A stretch of 64,000 bases of DNA from contig JBDRBE010000004.1 in NCBI GenBank assembly GCA_043823085.1, positions 197,510 to 261,509 of the forward strand, read 5' to 3'. The position numbers were made by a program, and so were the translations under genes. Shown here piece after piece: positions 39,120 to 49,528 of this stretch; the first letter of the stretch is position 1, and the number at the start of each line of letters is the position of its first letter. This DNA comes from Candidatus Levyibacteriota bacterium. GTDB taxonomy: Bacteria > Patescibacteriota > Microgenomatia > Levybacterales > UBA12049. The notes under the pieces were generated by a model. The model worked only from the letters and a program-made list of their open reading frames with translations, did not search any database and had not been told where the DNA came from.

Positions 39120-39188
39120 TTGCCCGTAATATACCTTTATAGTATACTAAATTACAATTAACTAATAAAGTTTCGCTTGGGGGCAATT

Positions 39189-39218
39189 GCCCTGAGCGGG
39201 CGAAGCAAGTCGAAGGGC
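39189..39218. repeat. Hairpin repeat copy overlapping the tRNA-Lys 5' end
   Basis: GCCCT-GAGC GGGCGAAGCAA GTCGA-AGGGC. Confidence 0.8.
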
Positions 39219-39287
39219 CGCTAGCTCAACTGGCAGAGCAACTCCCTCTTAAGGAGTAGGTTACAGGTTCGACTCCTGTGCGGCTCA
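39215..39287 (+). tRNA. tRNA-Lys(CTT)
   Basis: Cloverleaf with ACTCC-CT CTT AA-GGAGT anticodon arm. Confidence 0.95.
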
Positions 39288-39543
39288 CAGGATGATAAAT
39301 GTGATTTTTGCAATTTTTAGCCTCAAAAGATTGTGGGAATCTCCTTAAAATTAGTTCTATATTCAAGAGACCAAGCAGGATTCGAACTGATGATTAGATT
39401 GGTATATAAACTTCTCTTTTTTTAAAATTTATCACTTCCATGTTCTTTTCCCGGTCTTCTCCATAAAAATATTGTATGACTACACAATCGAGTTGCCAAA
39501 ATATTTGCAATAGGAAAATTACTTTGTTACACTAATTATCTGT

Positions 39544-40398
39544 ATGCTCGAAATGAACAATATTCATTATATTGTAACTGATTGGTTTGTTAACCATGGT
39601 GTAAAAATAGTAGCGATTATTCTTTTTGCTTATATCATAAAGCGATTCAGCACGATTTTTATTGAGAAGACAGTACGAACTGCTGTTGTTTCCGATCATT
39701 TCTTATCAAAAGAGGCAGAGAAAAAACGAGAAGATACGCTTATCCGAATCTTTACCGGCGCGTTTAACATATTACTTTGGATAGTTGTTGGCCTGATGAT
39801 ATTACAGGAGATGGGTATTGCCATAGGGCCGCTTTTGGCAGCAGCCGGCATTGCGGGTCTTGCATTAGGTTTTGGCGGACAATATCTCATTCGCGATCTC
39901 ATTTCAGGGCTTTTTATCATTATGGAGAATCAATATCGCGTGGGTGATGTTGTGTGTTTTGATAAAACATGTGGGCTTGTCGAAGATATTACTCTTCGCA
40001 TGACAACACTGCGAGACTTGGATGGCACAGTGCATCACATACCGCATGGTGAAATAGTAAAAGTTTCAAATCTCACAAAGTATTATGCAAGAGTAAACCT
40101 TGATATTGGAATCTCTTACAACTCAAACCTGGAAAAAGTTATTAAAGTAGTGAATAGAGTAGGAAAAGACATGGCACAAGACAAAGAATGGAAAGATTTG
40201 ATTATCAAAGCACCGCAATTTTTAAGAGTTGATGATTTTGCCGATTCGGCAATTATTATCAAAATTTTAGGGGAAACAAAACCCATCAAGCAGTGGGATG
40301 TGACAGGGGAATTGCGCAAGAGACTTAAGATTGCTTTTGACAAAGAGAATATAGAGATTCCTTTTCCACAGAGAGTAATTCATCAAGTAAAATTGTAA
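39544..40398 (+). CDS. Small-conductance mechanosensitive channel (MscS family)
   Basis: GLALGFGGQ, ENQYRVGD and EIPFPQR motifs. Confidence 0.93.
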   Translation: MLEMNNIHYIVTDWFVNHGVKIVAIILFAYIIKRFSTIFIEKTVRTAVVSDHFLSKEAEKKREDTLIRIFTGAFNILLWIVVGLMILQEMGIAIGPLLAAAGIAGLALGFGGQYLIRDLISGLFIIMENQYRVGDVVCFDKTCGLVEDITLRMTTLRDLDGTVHHIPHGEIVKVSNLTKYYARVNLDIGISYNSNLEKVIKVVNRVGKDMAQDKEWKDLIIKAPQFLRVDDFADSAIIIKILGETKPIKQWDVTGELRKRLKIAFDKENIEIPFPQRVIHQVKL

Positions 40399-40421
40399 AA
40401 TCCCTTTTTGAGGCAGAGGAA

Positions 40422-40628
40422 TTAATTTTCCCTAGGAACAACGTAGATTAAATAAACTCCCAGAAGCAGTACTGCTATACCGAAAAATAGAACAAAATTA
40501 GATAATTGTAGGATATTTAGAAAGTAGTTAAAACCAAAGAGCGTGAAAGTAAGAGCACTAATAACTAGGAATATTTTTCCTACAGCTTTAAAATTAACAG
40601 GAACAAAACCAGTCGGGTATTTTTTCAT
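40422..40628 (-). CDS. Small two-TM protein
   Basis: 68-aa ORF with two hydrophobic segments. Confidence 0.6.
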   Translation of the reverse strand: MKKYPTGFVPVNFKAVGKIFLVISALTFTLFGFNYFLNILQLSNFVLFFGIAVLLLGVYLIYVVPREN

Positions 40629-40893
40629 ATGTAAATATTATTTGTAATAATAGCATTATACAACAAATAAACCCTTGAGCTTTCTCCTTAAAAAGTCTAT
40701 ATTTTGCCTGGGTATTTTTTAGTAAAAACAGAAGCTAGAAACAGGGTTTGTGTTGGACATTCCCGCATTTCTTATATAGAATAATCAAAGCTGTATTGCT
40801 GAAAAATTATCTGCCAATCCTTGAGGACTTCCACAAAATCGTCTATAATGGAGTTTGAAATTAAAAAAAACGATAGTTCATTTTTTTAAATCT

Positions 40894-41490
40894 ATGACAT
40901 ACGATAGACAGAAATTTTTGGACGCAATTAAAAAACAGCTTGAACCGAATATTTTTAATCATTCTTTGACTGTTGAAGCCTGTATGGATGGCATTTACGA
41001 TTATTTGAAGTCAAACGGATTACTGAACGAAAATGAACCAACAAAAGATGACTGGTTGTTGGCCGGACTTATTCATGATATTGATTATTCAGGCGAATTT
41101 AAAGAAGAACACCCTAATAAAACTAAAGAAGTCTTGACAAAATATAATCTTGAAATCGACGATACTGTTTACAATATAATAAAAGCTCACAGCCCGCAAA
41201 GTTCTGGAGTCAAGCCAACATCAAAAGTCCAATGGGCGCTTTTTTGCTGTGATAGTTTAACCGGTTTGATCACTGCGGTTACGCTGATTTATCCGTCTAA
41301 AAAATTAGCCGATGTTAAACTTTCGTCCGTTCTAAAAAGATTTCTTAAGGAACCAAAATTTGCAGCAGGAACCCGAAGAGAAGAAGTCAAAATGTGCGAA
41401 AACGCAGAAGGATTAAACATTCCGCTTGAAAAATTTATCGAAATTTGTCTTGCCTCAATGCAAAAAATCGCCCCGGAAATTGGTTTTTAA
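40894..41490 (+). CDS. HD-domain phosphohydrolase
   Basis: HS..VEACM, GLIHDID, CDSLTG and FAAG..RE motifs. Confidence 0.88.
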   Translation: MTYDRQKFLDAIKKQLEPNIFNHSLTVEACMDGIYDYLKSNGLLNENEPTKDDWLLAGLIHDIDYSGEFKEEHPNKTKEVLTKYNLEIDDTVYNIIKAHSPQSSGVKPTSKVQWALFCCDSLTGLITAVTLIYPSKKLADVKLSSVLKRFLKEPKFAAGTRREEVKMCENAEGLNIPLEKFIEICLASMQKIAPEIGF

Positions 41491-41541
41491 GCAGATTTTA
41501 ACTAGCAATATGTTATCATATAAGGATATTCTTTAATCTTC

Positions 41542-43008
41542 ATGATAAAAATTCAGCATCTTTTTAAAAATTACAGGCGCGAATTTATTCTTGGGTTAAT
41601 GATTGTCATTTATATTCTTTACTTTACGACGGCAAGCTTTTTAAGGCATGACAATTTTTACACCGGCCGTTTTGATTTGGGCAATATGGATCAGGTTGCT
41701 TGGAATACGATACATGGAAGAATTTTCCAAATGACCGATCCAAACGGAACGCAAGTTATCTCAAGACTTGCTTTCCACGCCGACTTTATTTTGATTCTTC
41801 TTTCTCCATTTTATTTTATTTGGTCGAGCCCAAAAATGCTTCTTTTAATTCAGACTCTTGTCCTTTCTTTTGGCGCAATATTTGTTTTTTTACTAGCCAA
41901 AAAATATATCAAAAACAAACATTTTCCGCTTTTATTATCACTGGCTTATTTAATTAATCCTGCTGTCAACTACACCAATCTCTATGACTTTCATCCTGTA
42001 ACGCTGGCAACCACATTTTTGCTTGGCGCTTCATATTTTCTTCTTAACAAGAAATATTTTCTTTTTGTAATTTTTGCAATACTTTCCGCGATTACCAAAG
42101 AGGAAATTTGGATTATTATTGCTCTCTTTGGATTTGTGATTATTTTAAAAAATATTCGTAAATCGATTAGAAAAGTTTCAATTGGTATTATTTTATCAAT
42201 AGTATCTCTTTTTATATTTTATCTTTTGATTTGGAAAATAATTCCCGGCGTTCGCGGTACCCAACATTTTGCACTTTCCTATTATTCTGATTTTGGCGAT
42301 TCGCCTGGCTCAATAGTAAAAAATATTATTTTTTCTCCGCAAAAAACATTTGGAATAATTTTTCAAAACGGCCGTCTTATATATCTTCTTCAGCTCTTCT
42401 CGCCGGTTGGATTTTTATCTTTACTTTCGCCTTTATTTTTAATCCTTACTGCTCCTGAATTTGCAATTAATCTTTTAAGCAATAATCCCCAACTTCACCA
42501 AATTTATTATCAATACTCTTCGGGCATAACTCCATTTATTTTTGTCTCTGCAATTTTTGGCATTGCAAGAATTGAAAAGAAATTTCCAAAATTAAAAGCT
42601 AATTATTTAATTGGTTATTTTTTAATTACTGTATTTATTTCCGCATTTCTTTTTGGACCACTGCCTTTATCAAGAAACCAAAATATAGATATGTTTACCA
42701 AGCCCCAATCCGATAAAGAAATCTTGGAAAATTTTCTTTCTAAGATTCCCCAAAAATATTACGTTGCCTCAACTAATAATCTTGGCCCTCATCTCTCACA
42801 CCGTCGGGAAATTTATACTATTCCTGTTGGAATCGATAAGGCTGATATTGTTATTTTCTTATTGAATGATAAATCAGCTCTTCCGTCGCTTTCGTCCCAA
42901 ATACAAATGGCCGAGGATTTGAAAAAAAATAAAAATTATTTTGTGATTTTTCAAAAAGATTTCTTTATTGCCTTTGCAAAAAAGGGGTCAACAAGATTTT
43001 TTAGGTAG
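41542..43008 (+). CDS. DUF2079-like multipass membrane protein (GT-C-like)
   Basis: FDLGNMDQ..WNT, YDFHP and KEE motifs. Confidence 0.75.
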   Translation: MIKIQHLFKNYRREFILGLMIVIYILYFTTASFLRHDNFYTGRFDLGNMDQVAWNTIHGRIFQMTDPNGTQVISRLAFHADFILILLSPFYFIWSSPKMLLLIQTLVLSFGAIFVFLLAKKYIKNKHFPLLLSLAYLINPAVNYTNLYDFHPVTLATTFLLGASYFLLNKKYFLFVIFAILSAITKEEIWIIIALFGFVIILKNIRKSIRKVSIGIILSIVSLFIFYLLIWKIIPGVRGTQHFALSYYSDFGDSPGSIVKNIIFSPQKTFGIIFQNGRLIYLLQLFSPVGFLSLLSPLFLILTAPEFAINLLSNNPQLHQIYYQYSSGITPFIFVSAIFGIARIEKKFPKLKANYLIGYFLITVFISAFLFGPLPLSRNQNIDMFTKPQSDKEILENFLSKIPQKYYVASTNNLGPHLSHRREIYTIPVGIDKADIVIFLLNDKSALPSLSSQIQMAEDLKKNKNYFVIFQKDFFIAFAKKGSTRFFR

Positions 43009-44287
43009 GCAGCTTCAGTTTTTGCCGATTAAAAAATAATATAACACTAAATATTAAAAGAATAATGGCGCCAAGTCTTATGGCAAATTGAGGACCAAAA
43101 TGCTCGGCAATTATTCCTATCTGAAGGCTGCCAAGAGGCGTCATTCCGATAAACATAACCGTGTAAATACTCATAATTCTTCCGCGGATGTGATCGCCAA
43201 CTGCATGCTGAATTGTTGTATTTACCATTGAAAATTGCATAATAATTCCTGCTCCGGAAAAAAACAAAAGAAAAAAAGCAAGATAAATATTTGATGTTAA
43301 AGAAAAAATCAAAACCGAGAGAGCGAATAATAAATTCCCCCCCATAATAAACATAAAATTATTTATTTTTTTTGAAAGAGAAGAAACCAAAATAACTCCC
43401 AAAAGCGCACCTATTCCGGATGTCGAGTTAAAATAACCAAGCGTATCTGCGCCTCTTTCGAAAACGTCGCTGACAATTAATGGCATTACTGTAGAGTACG
43501 ACCATCCAAAGATAGATGTTATTGCCGTAAATATAAGAAGATTTTTTATTATCACGTTGGAAAATGAATATTTTATCCCTTCTTTTATGGCTTCTATTGG
43601 ACGGGGATTGAATCTTGGCGAAACTGTTTGGACTTTAATGAAAAAAAGCGCAATAATTGCGGCAATGTAACTTGCCCCGTTAAAAATAAAAGCGCCTCCG
43701 GTTCCAAAAACGGCAATTGCAATACCCGCAAGCGCAGGACCGATAATTCTTGCCGAATTAAATATTCCCGAATTTAGCGCAATTGCAGAAGATAAATCCT
43801 CTTTACCAACCATTTCGACAGCAAATGCCTGTCTGGCCGGCATATCAATCGCTATAACAACCCCCAAAGCAAAAGCGAGAACAAAAATTTCATAAATGTT
43901 TATTATTCCAAGAATTGTCAAAAGTCCCAAAATAAAGGCTAAAATCATCTGCAAAAACTGCGTAACCATTATTATTTTCTTCTTTGAAAATCTGTCAACA
44001 ATAACTCCGCCAAAAAGGGAGAAAATGAGTATTGGAATGCTTCCAAGCGCAGAAACTAATCCAATTAAAAAAGCCGAGTGTGTAAGTTGTAAAACCAACC
44101 AAGCTTGAGCTACCATCTGAAGCCATGTTCCAACAAGTGATATAAATTGACCTGTAAAATAAAGTTTATAATTTCTATGTTTAAAAGCGGGGAATGCGGA
44201 GAAAATTTTTTTAACCCAACCTTCTTGTTCTCCTAAACTTATTTCCTGGCTTTCATCAATAATATATTTATTTTCATCATTTTCCAT
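43001..44287 (-). CDS. MFS transporter
   Basis: GQFISLVGTW and GGVIVDRF.KK motifs; about 12 TM segments. Confidence 0.92.
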   Translation of the reverse strand: MENDENKYIIDESQEISLGEQEGWVKKIFSAFPAFKHRNYKLYFTGQFISLVGTWLQMVAQAWLVLQLTHSAFLIGLVSALGSIPILIFSLFGGVIVDRFSKKKIIMVTQFLQMILAFILGLLTILGIINIYEIFVLAFALGVVIAIDMPARQAFAVEMVGKEDLSSAIALNSGIFNSARIIGPALAGIAIAVFGTGGAFIFNGASYIAAIIALFFIKVQTVSPRFNPRPIEAIKEGIKYSFSNVIIKNLLIFTAITSIFGWSYSTVMPLIVSDVFERGADTLGYFNSTSGIGALLGVILVSSLSKKINNFMFIMGGNLLFALSVLIFSLTSNIYLAFFLLFFSGAGIIMQFSMVNTTIQHAVGDHIRGRIMSIYTVMFIGMTPLGSLQIGIIAEHFGPQFAIRLGAIILLIFSVILFFNRQKLKLPT

Positions 44288-44351
44288 GTTTTTTAAGTAT
44301 AACATGAATCTTCTACTTGAAAAATATCTTTATTAAAACTAATATTTAATT

Positions 44352-45164
44352 ATGGTACAAGTTATAAAAGCAACGGGCGAGAAAGAACCTTTTAGCGAAG
44401 AAAAGGTTTTGCGATCAATTCAACACGCAGGAATTCCAAGCCAACTACAAAATCAAGTTGTTGAATATATTAAAGCCAAACTGCACGAAAACATAAAAAC
44501 CTCAGAAATTTATCATTACATCATTGAATTTTTAGGCCAATCACCGTCTCCCTACGCAAAATCAAGATATTCTCTCAAAGAATCAATTATGGCTCTTGGT
44601 CCGACAGGATATCCTTTTGAAGATTATGTCGCCCAGATTCTTAAAACTCAAAACTATCAAACACAAGTCAGAACAATAATTTCCGGAAAATGCATCAAGC
44701 ATGAAATTGACATAATTGCCCAAAAAAAAATTATTGATATCGATGAAAAGATAATGATCGAAGCAAAGTTTCACAACGGTTTTGGGATAAGAACTGACGT
44801 TCAAGACGCCCTTTACACCAAAGCAAGATTTGATGATGTAAAAGAAAAAAATGGTTTTTCAAATGTTTGGCTTGTTACCAATACAAAAGCGACAAGCGAA
44901 ACTATTCAATATTGCGAGTGCATCGGTATGAAAATAATCGCCTGGAATTATCCGGAAAACGAATGTCTTAGAGATCTTGTTAATAAATCAAGTCTTGCTC
45001 CTATAACTTGCTTGACAACGCTTTCGGGAGCGCAAAAACAACAGCTCTTGGACAATCATATTGTTTTATGTAAAAATATTGGTCCTTCATCTCTTGATCT
45101 GCTGAATCTTCCTCCTGATAAAAAGAGCCAAGTACTTGCCGAAGCCGAATTTATCTATAAATAA
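44352..45164 (+). CDS. ATP-cone plus Mrr-like PD-(D/E)xK endonuclease
   Basis: VIKATGEKEPF ATP cone; GYPFEDYV, HEIDIIA and IEAK motifs. Confidence 0.8.
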   Translation: MVQVIKATGEKEPFSEEKVLRSIQHAGIPSQLQNQVVEYIKAKLHENIKTSEIYHYIIEFLGQSPSPYAKSRYSLKESIMALGPTGYPFEDYVAQILKTQNYQTQVRTIISGKCIKHEIDIIAQKKIIDIDEKIMIEAKFHNGFGIRTDVQDALYTKARFDDVKEKNGFSNVWLVTNTKATSETIQYCECIGMKIIAWNYPENECLRDLVNKSSLAPITCLTTLSGAQKQQLLDNHIVLCKNIGPSSLDLLNLPPDKKSQVLAEAEFIYK

Positions 45165-46366
45165 TAATATTTATCCGCCATATAACCGTTGGGGACTGTT
45201 GTTAATTTATTGGCATAAAGTAAAAAACCATTCCTAATTGTGTGATCACCAAACCGCTGATTGATGCTATCTATCGCTGATGCTAATTTCTCATTCTTCC
45301 CTAAAGAATCAAAAAGCGAAAGAGGAATATTTTCCTTGTCTTCCAAATTTGCCGCCCACACACTTATTTGCCTAGCATATCCCAAATTATTGATATTAAA
45401 TAACTGCTGACACAAGTCAAAAATTTCTTTTCCGCTGTCAAAATAATTTTTATAAGTTTTGCGGCCGCCAATATTTATATTCCCCCGTAAAGTTATTCCA
45501 ACAGTTCTTGCTTTTTTATTGAGTCTTCGAAGTTTTATTGCAATTTCTTCGCAAAGCTCATAAACATTTTGCAAAATTATTCTTTTATCGCATTCATTTT
45601 TTGGCAGACAATAATTTCTGCCAACCGACTTAACCGATGGGGGATTCGTATAAGGAATAACCGGACTCTCGTCAATTAATAAACCCACATTTTTTAAAAA
45701 TCTTGCCTCTATTTTACCAAATTCTTCAATTAAAGTAAGTATTGACGTCTTTCTAAGCTGCATTAAATTGTAAATACCTATCTTGTTCAACCGAGATTTG
45801 ATTCTTTGCCCAATCCCGCAAACATCAGTCAATTGCGCCTGGCTATAAACATTATCAATATCATTGAATCGAATCTCTGCCATACCGTTTGGTTTATTAA
45901 TTGACGAGGCCATTTTAGCCAAAAGTTTATTATGGGAAACGCCAACAGAAACAGTAATGTATTCGCCGATTTCATTTTTGATGCGGTTTTTTATTTTTTC
46001 GATAAGCCTGCAAGTATTATCGAATAAATGAATAGTTAATGTCGCATCTATAAAGACCTCATCAATTGAAAATAATTCAACAAAAGGGGAGTAGTCTTTG
46101 CAAATATTTAAAAACTTTTTGCTTATTGCAAGATATTTAACAAAATCAGCCGGCGCAAAAACAATGTCCGGACAGATTTTTTTAGCCTCATAAGTACGGC
46201 AGCCGGTTTTAATACCCAAACGCTTTGCCTGGCAACTTGAAGCAATGATACAGGTTCTGCCGTTGGTTGCCGTAATCCCCAATGGTTTCCCTCTGAAGTT
46301 AGGATTAAACTGTTGTTCGCAGCTGGCAAAAAAAGAATCAAAATCAATGTGGAGGACAGTTCTCAC
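45155..46366 (-). CDS. dinB: DNA polymerase IV (Y family)
   Basis: LHIDFDSFFAS, SIDE and NKLLAKMAS..KPNG motifs; probable GTG start. Confidence 0.92.
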   Translation of the reverse strand: MRTVLHIDFDSFFASCEQQFNPNFRGKPLGITATNGRTCIIASSCQAKRLGIKTGCRTYEAKKICPDIVFAPADFVKYLAISKKFLNICKDYSPFVELFSIDEVFIDATLTIHLFDNTCRLIEKIKNRIKNEIGEYITVSVGVSHNKLLAKMASSINKPNGMAEIRFNDIDNVYSQAQLTDVCGIGQRIKSRLNKIGIYNLMQLRKTSILTLIEEFGKIEARFLKNVGLLIDESPVIPYTNPPSVKSVGRNYCLPKNECDKRIILQNVYELCEEIAIKLRRLNKKARTVGITLRGNINIGGRKTYKNYFDSGKEIFDLCQQLFNINNLGYARQISVWAANLEDKENIPLSLFDSLGKNEKLASAIDSINQRFGDHTIRNGFLLYANKLTTVPNGYMADKYYYL

Positions 46367-46452
46367 AATAATATTGTACGTAAAAAATACACGAAATAAC
46401 AAGAGAATAAAATATATAAAACTAGAGCAAAAAATATGATATAATTCCCGCT

Positions 46453-47490
46453 ATGCGACAACTTAAAGAAAGTTTTACATCACATCTGCCGTTTTTACAC
46501 GATAAAGAAAAAGAGCAACAACCTGTAACGGCCTGGTTTTTCCCCGGACAAGGAATACAGGAAAAAGGAATGGGACAGGATCTTTTTAACCATTTTGAAA
46601 TCGTCCGCTACATCTACAAAAAAGCCGATGAAATACTGGGATACTCTATTAGCGATATCAGTTTTAATAATACGGATAACAAATTAAGTCAGACCGAATT
46701 CGCCCAACCTGCAATTTTTGTTTACAATTACGCATATATGTGTGCATTCCAGCAACAAGGAAAAGGTTTTAATTATCGTCCCGATTATGTAGCCGGCATT
46801 AGCCTTGGAGAATATAATGCTTTGGTTGCATCAGGCGCAATGAACTTTGAAGACGCGCTAAAATTAGTGAAAGTTAGAGGTGAGGAGATAGGTAAAGCTT
46901 GCAGGGAAAATCCCGGCACGTTATTTTACATTAAAAGAAGAGGCGATGAAGATGACAAAATTATAGAGGAAGTGGAAAAAGAAACAGGCATTGAAAAATC
47001 CCTTGAAAATACAAAAGATCAAATTGTTTTTGGAGGAACCAAAGAGCAAGTCGAACGAGCAAAACTTGCATTTAATATAAAAGGAATTAAAGCGAGAGAA
47101 CTAGATGGCATTGAAGGCGCTTTTCACACATCTTTAATGAAGCCTGCTGTTACAGAATTTATAAAAACTCTTAATAAAGTAAAGATAAAAAGAGCAAAAA
47201 TCCCGATTATTGCAAACACCACTGCTTTGCCTATTGTCGAACCGGACGAAATAAGAAAAGAGCTTATTAATCAGCTTACTAAAACGGTTTCATGGAAAGG
47301 GTGCCATGAATATGCAGTTGTACATGATTTAGGAAAAACTTTTGAAACAGGTTCAAAAGGCATTCTTTCGGATATGAATGTCCGAGAACATGGAGGAGAA
47401 ATAGCTAAACTCAGCTTAGCTATTGCAGGAACACTTACGGTAATCGGAGCAACCGTATGGTATCTTCACGAACATCAGGAGGGAAAGTAA
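46453..47490 (+). CDS. fabD: Malonyl-CoA:ACP transacylase-like protein
   Basis: FPGQG, TEFAQPA, GISLGEY and GAFHT motifs; C-terminal hydrophobic tail. Confidence 0.8.
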   Translation: MRQLKESFTSHLPFLHDKEKEQQPVTAWFFPGQGIQEKGMGQDLFNHFEIVRYIYKKADEILGYSISDISFNNTDNKLSQTEFAQPAIFVYNYAYMCAFQQQGKGFNYRPDYVAGISLGEYNALVASGAMNFEDALKLVKVRGEEIGKACRENPGTLFYIKRRGDEDDKIIEEVEKETGIEKSLENTKDQIVFGGTKEQVERAKLAFNIKGIKARELDGIEGAFHTSLMKPAVTEFIKTLNKVKIKRAKIPIIANTTALPIVEPDEIRKELINQLTKTVSWKGCHEYAVVHDLGKTFETGSKGILSDMNVREHGGEIAKLSLAIAGTLTVIGATVWYLHEHQEGK

Positions 47491-47495
47491 CAATT

Positions 47496-48407
47496 TTATA
47501 GCCCGTAGGCCGAAAGACTAGAATTACCAATGCGGTTTCTGTGAAGGTCCATTATAAATGAATCGCATTGGATAAAACCGGAAATTGTTGAAAATGCTCC
47601 CAAAAATCCATCTTGTGTTAAAACATTAATTACATCACTGCTAAACGAACCGTAAGGATAAGTAAAAAGATTAATTGTCTGACCTGTGTGCTGTTCGAGC
47701 TGATTTTTCGCGGTTTCAATTTCATATTTTATTTTTTCAATTGTCGCCCTGCCAAGCGATGCATGCGACCATGTATGATCGGTAAAATACATATTGCCAG
47801 AATGCGCCATTTCTTCGATTTGGCTCCAAGAAAGATAATCCGCTCCGCCAATGAGACCCGTCGGTATCATAAAATTACCGACAATTCCGTATTTCTTTAA
47901 AATCGGGAACACATAATTATAGGCATCTTTATAACCATCATCAAATGATACAACAACATTCTTTCCCGAAAGCGGCGTATGTGTTCTTAATGCATTAACA
48001 AGCTGGTCTCCAGAAACCGTACCATAACCATGTGATACCAAATAAGCCATTTGAGAATCAAATACTTCGCTGTCAACTGTTAAAGCAGTTTGACCGTTTT
48101 CTTTTGCTTGCGATTCCGGCTGGACATGATGATACATAAGTATTGGAACATTTAGACAAAAACCAGTATATACCGGCGCTTTTGTCAGCATGGGTTCTTC
48201 TTTTGTTTCTATTATTGGCGTAGGGGATACCCAAACCTCGCAGCTATTTTCCGTACTTTTTTTCTCATTTTTTTGGTGAGAATAAACACTTGATATAAAT
48301 ATAAACAAACCGGCCAAAACAACGACCGCTGTAATCTTAATTAAAAAAAATTCGTACTTTTTGAAAAGTACGTTTATAAAATTGACTTTTTTTTTCCTTC
48401 TTTTCAT
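47496..48407 (-). CDS. Polysaccharide deacetylase (CE4)
   Basis: PILMYHH, SFDDG, HTWSH and YPYG motifs. Confidence 0.9.
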   Translation of the reverse strand: MKRRKKKVNFINVLFKKYEFFLIKITAVVVLAGLFIFISSVYSHQKNEKKSTENSCEVWVSPTPIIETKEEPMLTKAPVYTGFCLNVPILMYHHVQPESQAKENGQTALTVDSEVFDSQMAYLVSHGYGTVSGDQLVNALRTHTPLSGKNVVVSFDDGYKDAYNYVFPILKKYGIVGNFMIPTGLIGGADYLSWSQIEEMAHSGNMYFTDHTWSHASLGRATIEKIKYEIETAKNQLEQHTGQTINLFTYPYGSFSSDVINVLTQDGFLGAFSTISGFIQCDSFIMDLHRNRIGNSSLSAYGL

Positions 48408-48892
48408 TTTCTAACCGAATCATTCACCTTTTTAAGAGATAATATAGACTCAAGAATTGCAATTGCCGCCTCAATTCCTTTGCTATTTTCTCCAAAAGCT
48501 CTCTTCTTGGCATCTTTGATATCACAAACTGCCAGCACTTCATTTATAACAGGGGTTTCAAATTCCAATGCGATATCCATCAATCCCCTGGCGCATTCAC
48601 TTGACACTAAATCAAAATGATATGTATCTCCTTTAACAATTACTCCAAAAGCTCCGATCGCATCGTATTTTTTAGTTTTTACCGCATGTTTGGCAATTAT
48701 TGGAAGTTCCCAAGAACCCGGAGCATAAAAAACATTAATGTTTTCTTTTTTAACCCCGGACTTCACTAAGTAATCAATACACGAATCTTCCATGCCTTTT
48801 ACAACTTCAGGGTAATAATTGCTAAGAACAAGCGCGATTTTTAATTTGCTGTGTTTTTGGTCAAAAATGTTTTTTTTATATGTCTTTCTCAT
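48404..48892 (-). CDS. ribH: Lumazine synthase
   Basis: PGSWELP and GVIVKGDTYHFD motifs. Confidence 0.92.
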   Translation of the reverse strand: MRKTYKKNIFDQKHSKLKIALVLSNYYPEVVKGMEDSCIDYLVKSGVKKENINVFYAPGSWELPIIAKHAVKTKKYDAIGAFGVIVKGDTYHFDLVSSECARGLMDIALEFETPVINEVLAVCDIKDAKKRAFGENSKGIEAAIAILESILSLKKVNDSVRK

Positions 48893-49464
48893 TTAACTAA
48901 TTTTTCAATATATTTTGCCAATATATCAACTTCAATATTGACATAATCGCCAACTCTTGCAGTATAAAGCATTGTTTTTTCCCATGTATATGGAATTATG
49001 CCGACTGTAAAAGAACCCACCTTAACATCAACTACAGTCAAAGAAATACCATTGACTGCAATTGTCCCTTTTTTGACAATATATTTTCCCAGATTTTTTG
49101 GAATTGAAAAGGTAAGAATTTTACTATTGCATTTTTGCTCAATTTTTTTGAGGATTGATACTGAATCAATATGTCCCTGCATAATTGAACCGGAAAGAAA
49201 AGTTTGCAAGGTTGCCGGAAGTTCCAAATTTACCAAATCTCCAACTTTTAAATATTGGATATTTGTTCTCTTTTTAGTTTCGGGCATGTAATCTACTGAA
49301 AAACTATCTTTTGAAAAATTTGTAACCGTTAAGCAAATACCGTCGACAGCAACGCTTGCTCCTTTTGAAAGTTTATTGATAAAACTTTTTTCCGTCTGAA
49401 TACGCAGTTTATTTTCCGATTTTTCAACAATTTTTCCTGCATTCGTCGCAATTCCCGTAAACAT
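48889..49464 (-). CDS. ribE: Riboflavin synthase (alpha)
   Basis: MFTGI start; DGICLT, GHID and NGISLT motifs. Confidence 0.93.
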   Translation of the reverse strand: MFTGIATNAGKIVEKSENKLRIQTEKSFINKLSKGASVAVDGICLTVTNFSKDSFSVDYMPETKKRTNIQYLKVGDLVNLELPATLQTFLSGSIMQGHIDSVSILKKIEQKCNSKILTFSIPKNLGKYIVKKGTIAVNGISLTVVDVKVGSFTVGIIPYTWEKTMLYTARVGDYVNIEVDILAKYIEKLVK

Positions 49465-49528
49465 AGGGGCATTATAACTCAAAATAAGGACAGAGGCAAA
49501 AAAATTTCTTTTTTGATATACTCAACGT

